A stretch of 64,000 nt of DNA from a virus. The notes under the pieces were generated by a model. That model was not told where the DNA came from, ran no database searches, and saw only the letters and a list, made by a program, of their open reading frames with translations. The stretch is taken from the IMG/VR virus record IMGVR_UViG_3300049855_000474, positions 89,376 through 153,375 of that record; one strand, written 5' to 3'. Every line of letters begins with the position of its first letter. The first letter of the stretch is position 1. The position numbers and the translations under genes are program-made. Below, one piece after another: positions 1-7,205 of the stretch.

Positions 1-43
1 CTTCTCGAATAGCATGATCTAAGGTTTTTGGTTTCAGTTCCAT

Positions 44-1036
44 TTATACGCTCACATGATTCTTAAGCCAGGAAAGCTGGTCAAGGGCTAAAGAGCCAGG
101 ATCCGTGCCTTCAGGCAAGACAATGTTATCAACATGATTGAAATAAACAGTGCCTTTAGAGTCCCCAACAAGCGAGCCAAAAGATTCTGTGCCTTGAAAT
201 AGATTTTTGGCAGCTAGGCGCCCAGCGCTATCTCCATCCATACAGACATAGACGTTATCAATGCCTAGAGTCATAAGAAGAGTACGTTTGTCATCTGACC
301 AGTTGTTTGTTCCCATCAGGCAAAGAGCAGGAATCCCGAACTGAACCAATACAAGAGCATCGATTTGACCCTCAACCAAAACAATTGTTTTTGGTCGCAT
401 AGCTGCTACGTAATCAAACGGGAATAGAATTTTACGAGCCTTAGCCCAGGGTGCGTTGTAATACTTTTGAGTAGTATTATCATCAAGACGCCTACCCGTA
501 TATCCCACAAGCTCCCTTTTCTGCATAAAAGGGAGCAGGATTCTATTGGTAGTGTATCCATTTCTCAGGTTACGCTGACGCCAGTACTGCGCATTGATGG
601 AAGTTAGAAAAGAAACGGATAGACCACGCCAGGGTTGATTCGTATAGTCAGCCCATGGGATAATATTATCTGGTAACTTCCCTGCGTCCGAAGATTCCTC
701 CTCCTCTTCCGCTATAAGCTGAGCATGTACATGATCTACCAGATCTATACCACTTGTGTAGCTTTCTTTGGAATAACCGTGACCACCTTTGAGGGTTTGG
801 AGTCCTAGATTCTTAGCAACAGAATCCCAGGAACCTTTCCAGTCACAAACCCAACAATGAGCCCGCCTACCGTCTTTAGTAATCTCGAGCTTCATTTTCA
901 GTCCATCTTCTAATGAAGGACAGGCTGGGTTTAGACAAATAGTAACAAAGTCCTTACGTTTTTCGATAAAACGTCGAGCGGACTTCAGCAACTCCTGCCT
1001 AATTATGTGTTCGGCTTGTGGATTAGGAGTGAACAT
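44..1036 (-). CDS. dnaG: DNA primase (Zn-binding + TOPRIM)
   Basis: N-terminal C/H-rich Zn domain (CLNPAC...HCWVC), GYTGRRL, KYYN, TOPRIM VLVEGQIDAL and CMDGDSAG. Confidence 0.9.
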   Translation of the reverse strand: MFTPNPQAEHIIRQELLKSARRFIEKRKDFVTICLNPACPSLEDGLKMKLEITKDGRRAHCWVCDWKGSWDSVAKNLGLQTLKGGHGYSKESYTSGIDLVDHVHAQLIAEEEEESSDAGKLPDNIIPWADYTNQPWRGLSVSFLTSINAQYWRQRNLRNGYTTNRILLPFMQKRELVGYTGRRLDDNTTQKYYNAPWAKARKILFPFDYVAAMRPKTIVLVEGQIDALVLVQFGIPALCLMGTNNWSDDKRTLLMTLGIDNVYVCMDGDSAGRLAAKNLFQGTESFGSLVGDSKGTVYFNHVDNIVLPEGTDPGSLALDQLSWLKNHVSV

Positions 1037-1085
1037 ACCTAATCATTTACAAGACAAGCAAGCAATTCAGTAGAAAAGGATTTCT

Positions 1086-1547
1086 CTAGACTAGACCATA
1101 TAAAGCTAAAGGATTACCGTAATCTCTTGTAGCTCGAACGGGGTCTTGTTGGAATTGTTCTAGAAAAAACTTTTGATTTTGGTTAGGGTTGCCCTCCCAG
1201 CTCGGGAGTTCAACTACTAGGTCATTACCTACAGAAGTCCAGTTAAAGTCGTACATATAAGCAGGAGCCACCACATAACGATAGGGTCTTTTAGCACTGG
1301 ACAACCGTTGGTGTCTCATTACCTGATGAAAGAAAGGAATATCCTTAGCGAAAATCTCACTCATATGCAAATAGGGCATATAGTAACCTCGGTAAGCATA
1401 GGTATGTCCCCAAAGATGTATAAGCTTAACCAAAGGTTTATCCTTTCTTTGTGCAGACGCTGCGTAAAAGTTAGTTGTATTACCTACAGTACCTGCTACA
1501 TGTCTCTGTAGAAAAGGGTCCTGCTCTATAGGTACCCTGACTTCCAT
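1086..1547 (-). CDS. hypothetical protein with a C-terminus resembling the terminase ATPase/nuclease linker
   Basis: ORF in gene run; ELPSWEGNP...QDPVRATRDYG resembles YATWEASP...NKPVTFWRDFG of TerL in this window. Confidence 0.6.
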   Translation of the reverse strand: MEVRVPIEQDPFLQRHVAGTVGNTTNFYAASAQRKDKPLVKLIHLWGHTYAYRGYYMPYLHMSEIFAKDIPFFHQVMRHQRLSSAKRPYRYVVAPAYMYDFNWTSVGNDLVVELPSWEGNPNQNQKFFLEQFQQDPVRATRDYGNPLALYGLV

Positions 1548-1575
1548 CTGCTGATGTTTAGCATCAGCTTGGTAA

Positions 1576-1887
1576 TCAGCTATTTGGAGGCTGAAGGATT
1601 CCTCTAGCTTGCAACAGCCAGCTGTCGAGATTACTCTTGAGCTGCCCGTCTACCTGCTGCGCCACGTTCTCAATTACAGGTAGAATAGCTTCAAGCAAGG
1701 CATTATGCACGTGGGGAGTAACAAATAACTGAAGTAGTATCATAGGATCTGAGGTATCGAATTTGACATCTAGAGCTATTTTACCTAGTTCAAAGATACC
1801 AGTGGGTGTTTCAGTAAAATAGGTGACTATCTTCTCACCGTTTTCAAATGTGACTGTATACTTTACAAGTGTCTCTGCTAGTAACAT
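1576..1887 (-). CDS. hypothetical protein
   Basis: ORF abutting the upstream gene on the coding strand. Confidence 0.6.
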   Translation of the reverse strand: MLLAETLVKYTVTFENGEKIVTYFTETPTGIFELGKIALDVKFDTSDPMILLQLFVTPHVHNALLEAILPVIENVAQQVDGQLKSNLDSWLLQARGILQPPNS

Positions 1888-2622
1888 TTAGAGCTCCAGT
1901 TCCAATTCATCAAGAGTGAGACTTGTCATAGCAAATTGAGAAGCCCAGGCATCACGTAGTTTAGACCCATCGTGAAGTGGCGGGTTTGATTGACTAACTC
2001 GAAAAGTTGCTGCCCATGTGACACTAGCAGGTTTTTGCGCGTCCTCAGTTACTGTAATAGGACTTTCGGGCTCAAAGAAACCACGAAGTAGTATTGTAGG
2101 ATAAAGAAGACTGTGATACACAATATTTACGAAGTTTGGTCTCCCACTAGAAAGAATTTTAGGCTCATCCAGAAGAGAGAAAAAATCGTAGTAGTCTAAA
2201 AGACCAGGAGGAAGAAAGATAAGAGAAGCTGTGCCATCAGCCCGAACAGCTTCCCTTACAGGCATGATATTACCAGTCTGGAAGGTAAAGGATACAGAAG
2301 GGTCATCAAAGAAAGTAGTGCGCTTATTATCCAACCAATAGTGAGCAATATAACCAGTCCTAGTCTGCTGGGTCACACCACGCTGCTGGAAAGTCCAAGT
2401 AGTATTCTGGGGACCGGACCAAAACAGAATATACTTACCGCGATCACCAAGCGTGACTTGCTGATCGGTAGTAATTATCATGGGTATAAATTCACGAGAA
2501 ACACGTTGACCACGAGCGAGCCTTGCAGACTCTATCTCGGAAGTACGATCCGAAAAAGCCCCCAAGGAGGTTAATTGCTGTAGGATCCTGTCAGAGTTGA
2601 TTACTTCAGTACCCATCAGCAA
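1888..2622 (-). CDS. putative baseplate/tail-tube-initiator-like virion protein
   Basis: Beta-rich pattern (GPQNTTW...QQTRTG...SFTFQTGN...LRGFF...W.ATF) typical of myophage baseplate hub/tube-fold proteins; weak. Confidence 0.45.
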   Translation of the reverse strand: MLMGTEVINSDRILQQLTSLGAFSDRTSEIESARLARGQRVSREFIPMIITTDQQVTLGDRGKYILFWSGPQNTTWTFQQRGVTQQTRTGYIAHYWLDNKRTTFFDDPSVSFTFQTGNIMPVREAVRADGTASLIFLPPGLLDYYDFFSLLDEPKILSSGRPNFVNIVYHSLLYPTILLRGFFEPESPITVTEDAQKPASVTWAATFRVSQSNPPLHDGSKLRDAWASQFAMTSLTLDELELEL

Positions 2623-2676
2623 AACCTCAATAGGAAAAGGAAATAAGACTGTGTTTGAGGCTATAACAGCTACGGA

Positions 2677-3396
2677 TTAATCTTCGTCGGAGTCACCCGA
2701 CACATCGAGGCTCTGACCACGACGAGCAGCAAATTCCTGCTTAGCGTACTTCTCTACAAGACCCTGGCTATTAGCCACGATGTAGGCAAGATCTGCCTCA
2801 CTAAGGTCGAGCCCCTCAAGCTCGCTACGAACTTCTCGAGCCTTCTTTTCCCTTGTAGTAAGAGCTGCGACAAGGACCTTGACACGAGCCTGGACATCGC
2901 CATCCTCATCATTGTCAGCAATCCCGACATCTTGAGGATCAACAGGCTGCGACAACGAAACGCCAGGGTTCTCCCCAACCACGATAGCATCGTGCTGCTT
3001 ATGGTAGAGCAAGGCATCGTCCTCGGGACGACCAGTCTCTCGCATCTTTCGAATCTCAGGATTACCGTAATCCAGATACTGATAGGCGCGATCGACATCC
3101 TCACGAGCGCGAGGATTAGTCTCGTAATAAGCCTCCGCCTCAGCAGGAGGCACGATCTCAAGAACGCGACGCATGATCAAATCACGGAGGTCACGACTGT
3201 TCCGGAGAGTATCGGGAGTAACACGATCCGAAAGGCAGACAGGGTGCTTGACACCAGGGATATCAAGCTTCTGAACGCGACCGGAGCGATCCGTCATCGT
3301 GAGGATGATAAGTCCTCGCGGCTTGTGGACGTTACGTACCCAAATTGGCTTATTTTCATCTAGAATTTGATCGATGTGACGAATGCTATAACTCAT
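2677..3396 (-). CDS. hypothetical protein, probably virion-associated
   Basis: Strong SD (AAGGAG), GC-richer codon use suggesting high expression. Confidence 0.7.
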   Translation of the reverse strand: MSYSIRHIDQILDENKPIWVRNVHKPRGLIILTMTDRSGRVQKLDIPGVKHPVCLSDRVTPDTLRNSRDLRDLIMRRVLEIVPPAEAEAYYETNPRAREDVDRAYQYLDYGNPEIRKMRETGRPEDDALLYHKQHDAIVVGENPGVSLSQPVDPQDVGIADNDEDGDVQARVKVLVAALTTREKKAREVRSELEGLDLSEADLAYIVANSQGLVEKYAKQEFAARRGQSLDVSGDSDED

Positions 3397-3543
3397 GAAT
3401 TAGTCTCCTTAATTAAGTCTTTATCGGAAGTTTCTTTAGTAACTTCTTCCTTAGAAGACTCTTCCTTCAAATCAGGCTGTTGTTTATCGGTCTCAACAAT
3501 CTTTTCTTCTCGAACTACACCATACCGTATCATACACTACCAC
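3393..3543 (-). CDS. small acidic hypothetical protein (~50 aa, VVVYDIRYGVVREEKIVETDK...)
   Basis: Open frame from GTG near 3543 to a TGA overlapping the next ATG; below the ORF-track cutoff, ends approximate. Confidence 0.35.
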
Positions 3544-3680
3544 TCACCTGCTCTCATCGAGCTTTCTGTTTCATAGACATGCTGTTAGCAGTGGCCTCAA
3601 CAGACTGTCGCCGGGGCGGAACTCGGCGAAGATACTAATTACTTTGTAAGTTGCTATCGGCAGTTGCCTAGTAACACAGA
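3540..3680 (-). ncRNA. candidate structured intergenic RNA / cis-regulatory element
   Basis: Minus-strand helices TCGCCG/CGGCGA, TCTGTT/AACAGA, TGCT/AGCA, GCTC/GAGC and a possible pseudoknot GCCACT/AGTGGT. Confidence 0.4.
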
Positions 3681-3681
3681 T

Positions 3682-4026
3682 TTACATCTGTGATAACGAA
3701 TCTGCGATAAGAAAAGCAATTGTTTTACTTGTCTTTTCTACATCTATAACGCAAAGGAGCTTCTTCTCCCCAGAAACAGGCTTCCAATGAACCAAGTACT
3801 CAAAACGAATATCAAATTTCTGCAGGGTCAGCGATCCTATCTTCGTCTCTGTAATCCTGGAAAATACATCAAACTCTACAGGAGACTTAAAGAGAATCAG
3901 CTTACCTATACTGTCTTTTACAAGTTTGTGGTTAATAAGCGACTCTATGTCGGGAAGCTTAGAAGCTAAATGCTCCTCAGGAGTTCCACGACAACAAGAC
4001 ATTCTATTTAGTATCCACGTTAGCAC
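3682..4026 (-). CDS. hypothetical protein
   Basis: ORF overlapping the end of the tubulin gene. Confidence 0.55.
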   Translation of the reverse strand: MLTWILNRMSCCRGTPEEHLASKLPDIESLINHKLVKDSIGKLILFKSPVEFDVFSRITETKIGSLTLQKFDIRFEYLVHWKPVSGEKKLLCVIDVEKTSKTIAFLIADSLSQM

Positions 4027-5275
4027 TTAGCTGTTTCAACTCCTGCAATCGGGCAGCTGGGGGCTCCAGACCCGAAATCATAGTAAAGACCTTCATCCCA
4101 GAGTTAGCACTTTCATAAACACCGTTATGAAGAGTAATTCCTTCATTTCCAATGATACGTCCTAAGCTGTGGAAAGCTGAATCAAGATGTTCCATAGGAA
4201 GCTCGGCAAGAACATCATCGTGAGCTACAATAATAGCCCCTGCCATATCAGCCTTGGTTAGATCAAAACCATCAGCCAGAAGAGTACCTGCCAAGTTCTG
4301 ACGAATAGCTTTACTGATATCTTCCTTGGAGTCCCATTTCTCCACAGAAGTCATACCGAAGATAAGAATGCCGTTCCGGAGAATAGAACGAAAATCAGAA
4401 CGGTCAAAAGTACTGTACTCGCTATTCTGAGCTGCCAGAATATTGAATGTATGAAGCACAGAAGCGAAATTCTGATTGGCAACCTTCCAGAAGTTCTTCA
4501 CGGAAAGCCCAGGCAAAATAGAATGAATCTTAGCATTATCAACAAGAATTAAAGTCTTGATATCACCACGGTCACAAAGCTCGATAGCTTCTTCCAAAGC
4601 TTTGAGCGCATTTGCCTGGACGCGTGCACCTTCTGAGCGTTTTGGCATAGTCATAATAACGCCAACTTTTCGCTCAGTAGTCGACTCAATCTGAGTCGTA
4701 CTCAAATATTCCTTCAACGCCCGTAAAGCAACAGACCAAGAGCCTGTACCAGAACCACCACCAGCACCAACACACAAAAAGGCTTGCTCTACATCCTGAC
4801 CATACACCCGGAGAAGCATCTCCATAATGTCTTCAAATGATTCCTCAGCCGCAAGTCTTCCTTGTTCTGGGTCTTTTCCAGCACCACCGCGATCTTTACC
4901 AATAACCAATTTATTTGGAATTGAAAGACTTGCAAGGTCCTGGTCTGTCGTATTCAGAGCACAGACGCGAACGTAGCCAAGGTCATGAAAAGCTTGAGCA
5001 ACACGACCACCGCCCTGACCAACGCCAAGAAAAGCCATCTTCAAGGCAGAAACAAATTGATCTTTAATCACAACTGTATCAAACTTAGGCTGTTCAGCTG
5101 CTTTAAACTCGGGTAATTCGATTGCCATAGGTGACCTCTTCGTGGAAGATTGGGGAACAGTCTGTTCTAATTTTACAGGAACAATAGTACTTTCGGCATA
5201 AGAGGGAACTACTTTATAGTTCTCTATGCCAGGTAAAGGCGTTCCAAAACGCAATGTCCCTTTTACATTTGTCAA
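4004..5275 (-). CDS. tubulin/FtsZ-family GTPase (TubZ/PhuZ-like)
   Basis: GVGQGGGRVA, NTTDQDL, GGAGKDPEQG, tubulin signature GAGGGSGTG, VDN, T7 loop FDRSDF. Confidence 0.92.
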   Translation of the reverse strand: MTNVKGTLRFGTPLPGIENYKVVPSYAESTIVPVKLEQTVPQSSTKRSPMAIELPEFKAAEQPKFDTVVIKDQFVSALKMAFLGVGQGGGRVAQAFHDLGYVRVCALNTTDQDLASLSIPNKLVIGKDRGGAGKDPEQGRLAAEESFEDIMEMLLRVYGQDVEQAFLCVGAGGGSGTGSWSVALRALKEYLSTTQIESTTERKVGVIMTMPKRSEGARVQANALKALEEAIELCDRGDIKTLILVDNAKIHSILPGLSVKNFWKVANQNFASVLHTFNILAAQNSEYSTFDRSDFRSILRNGILIFGMTSVEKWDSKEDISKAIRQNLAGTLLADGFDLTKADMAGAIIVAHDDVLAELPMEHLDSAFHSLGRIIGNEGITLHNGVYESANSGMKVFTMISGLEPPAARLQELKQLSANVDTK

Positions 5276-5285
5276 GAAACAAATC

Positions 5286-5768
5286 TCAAGATTTTTTCAA
5301 AAAATTGTACAAATCAGCAGGAGTAATAGAGGAGGGTTCCAGATCAGCAGAACCCGGATAATCGCCTGCTTTAAGCATAATTACTATAGCTTCGGAGCAA
5401 AAAATGGCTTTAGTATTGAATGGATTACTCCATTTAAGCCGCAACCAACGACCTAACAAAACAAAAATCGTACCAAAAACACCAAAGTAGTCATACCTAC
5501 GACCTAACCACTGAGTGGCTTTCTGGATAGCTGATTCTTTTAAATTATCAAGTGGGATAATGTATACAATTTTATGTTTCTTATCAAAAGAAGACAAAGT
5601 CACCAGTTGAAAGCCACCAGGCACAGCTTCAAGAACCATATCTATACCAAGAAAAGAATTACGAAGAATGAGGAATGCGTGACTAACAGTGCTACGGGTA
5701 AAAAACCGTATAACTTTCGAACCTATATTTCGACTTCGAGAAAAGCCAATACTTACCTGGACTGTCAT
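5286..5768 (-). CDS. permuted papain-like amidase (YiiX/YebB, NlpC/P60 superfamily)
   Basis: SHA His before LGRRYDY and FCSE Cys; C-terminal TPADL. Confidence 0.8.
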   Translation of the reverse strand: MTVQVSIGFSRSRNIGSKVIRFFTRSTVSHAFLILRNSFLGIDMVLEAVPGGFQLVTLSSFDKKHKIVYIIPLDNLKESAIQKATQWLGRRYDYFGVFGTIFVLLGRWLRLKWSNPFNTKAIFCSEAIVIMLKAGDYPGSADLEPSSITPADLYNFLKKS

Positions 5769-5769
5769 T

Positions 5770-6078
5770 TTAAGTTCTCCAATGATCCAAAGCGTACCAA
5801 ATAAACAAGACACCAACGACGCAAGTCAAAGGGTCACTAACCCACGCATTCAGCCAGGACTCGGGTGTAAGCCAAATGTCAGGCTTCCGAGGCTCCATAA
5901 TTCTCTCAAAAACTTCCCAAGCGAAAGCTAGGAACAAACAGAGACCCATAGAAAACCAGCGGTTCCACTGGAAGGACCACGTGATAGAGCCAAAATAGAT
6001 CCAAAAGCTGATGTGGACAATAGTCCAAACATCAACAAAAGTTCGACCAGTCTTAATAGGAAAAAGCCAATCCATCAT
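5770..6078 (-). CDS. small membrane protein
   Basis: Three hydrophobic segments; D.WTIVH, AWEVFE, ESWLN..SD. Confidence 0.7.
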   Translation of the reverse strand: MMDWLFPIKTGRTFVDVWTIVHISFWIYFGSITWSFQWNRWFSMGLCLFLAFAWEVFERIMEPRKPDIWLTPESWLNAWVSDPLTCVVGVLFIWYALDHWRT

Positions 6079-7199
6079 TCACTCTCCGATCTACAATAAA
6101 AGGTTGCGGTAGCCATATAACCAACAAAAGGTTCATGGTGCTCTAAATATACACGAAGCTCCATACCTTTTGCACTAGATAACGAGACGCTACCCAGGTA
6201 GTCCCAATCAAAAGTAGTTACAGCATGATGCTGTGAACGCCAGTTGTCAGGATCGCCTAGGGCTGGGTAGGAAGGATACGAACGAAAAGCATCATTATGA
6301 AAGTCAGCCATGGTTTTATACGCCAATCGCTGTAGGCGAATCTTATAACCAATACCATAAGGTATTCCATACGCTGTCATTTGGGCTGATGTCAGGAAGA
6401 AGTCTGCGATACCCCAAGCCTCAAATAAAACAGTGTCTCTTGGATCTACATCAGAAGAGAATTGTACCTCAGCAATATCGATCAAAAGTTGTTTACCAGC
6501 CAAAGGCTTAACTGTATATATACTATTTATGGCGTAGTGGTACGTTACTTTGATAACATCAGCAACATCTTTTACTGATTCAAAAATAACTTTACCAAGT
6601 TCGTAATTAATCGTATAATCTCCACCTGTCCCGTAATGAGGATCCTGTTCAGTCTTCACGACATCATTAACTTTCACTACAACACGAAGGGAGTGTCCGC
6701 CGGAACCTAGCAAGTCGTCTTCTTGTGTTATTCTTCCATGATAATTATCTATCACCCGGTTCTGGGCTAGGTTATAAGTGATATGATCTCCGGAGTCTGT
6801 AGCTACTTCGTCTACAATACGTGTCGCCGTCTGATACCAAGTACAAGGGTCGGTAAAATCATAAGAAAAGAAATTTGTACGTACATTCTGAGATTTCTCT
6901 ATAGCGATACGTTGGCGACCATCGGAGGTTTTTGCTGGATTAACAAGCAACTGACCGACACCCACGATATAAGCGATAGCCTCATCTTCACTAACGATCT
7001 GGATAGATGTACGATCCTCTAACCAAGCGGTAAAATCAGTAGTATCCACATCGGATACGTAAGTTACATAAAAGTACTCCAAATTTCCGGCATACAGATG
7101 AAAAGTTTGGTCATCAACAGGTTGTTTATAAACTACCCAGTGATGATTAGCGTTCAAAACTAGCTTCCAGGTAGTATAAGGTATGTATAATCTACGCAT
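6075..7199 (-). CDS. putative virion structural protein
   Basis: DYTINYELGKVIF...IKVTYHY beta module typical of phage tail/baseplate proteins. Confidence 0.6.
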   Translation of the reverse strand: MRRLYIPYTTWKLVLNANHHWVVYKQPVDDQTFHLYAGNLEYFYVTYVSDVDTTDFTAWLEDRTSIQIVSEDEAIAYIVGVGQLLVNPAKTSDGRQRIAIEKSQNVRTNFFSYDFTDPCTWYQTATRIVDEVATDSGDHITYNLAQNRVIDNYHGRITQEDDLLGSGGHSLRVVVKVNDVVKTEQDPHYGTGGDYTINYELGKVIFESVKDVADVIKVTYHYAINSIYTVKPLAGKQLLIDIAEVQFSSDVDPRDTVLFEAWGIADFFLTSAQMTAYGIPYGIGYKIRLQRLAYKTMADFHNDAFRSYPSYPALGDPDNWRSQHHAVTTFDWDYLGSVSLSSAKGMELRVYLEHHEPFVGYMATATFYCRSESE

Positions 7200-7205
7200 T
7201 TTGCC

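Noticed and set aside
3540-3680. Hammerhead, HDV, pistol or twister ribozyme
   Set aside because: Core consensus sequences could not be matched by eye
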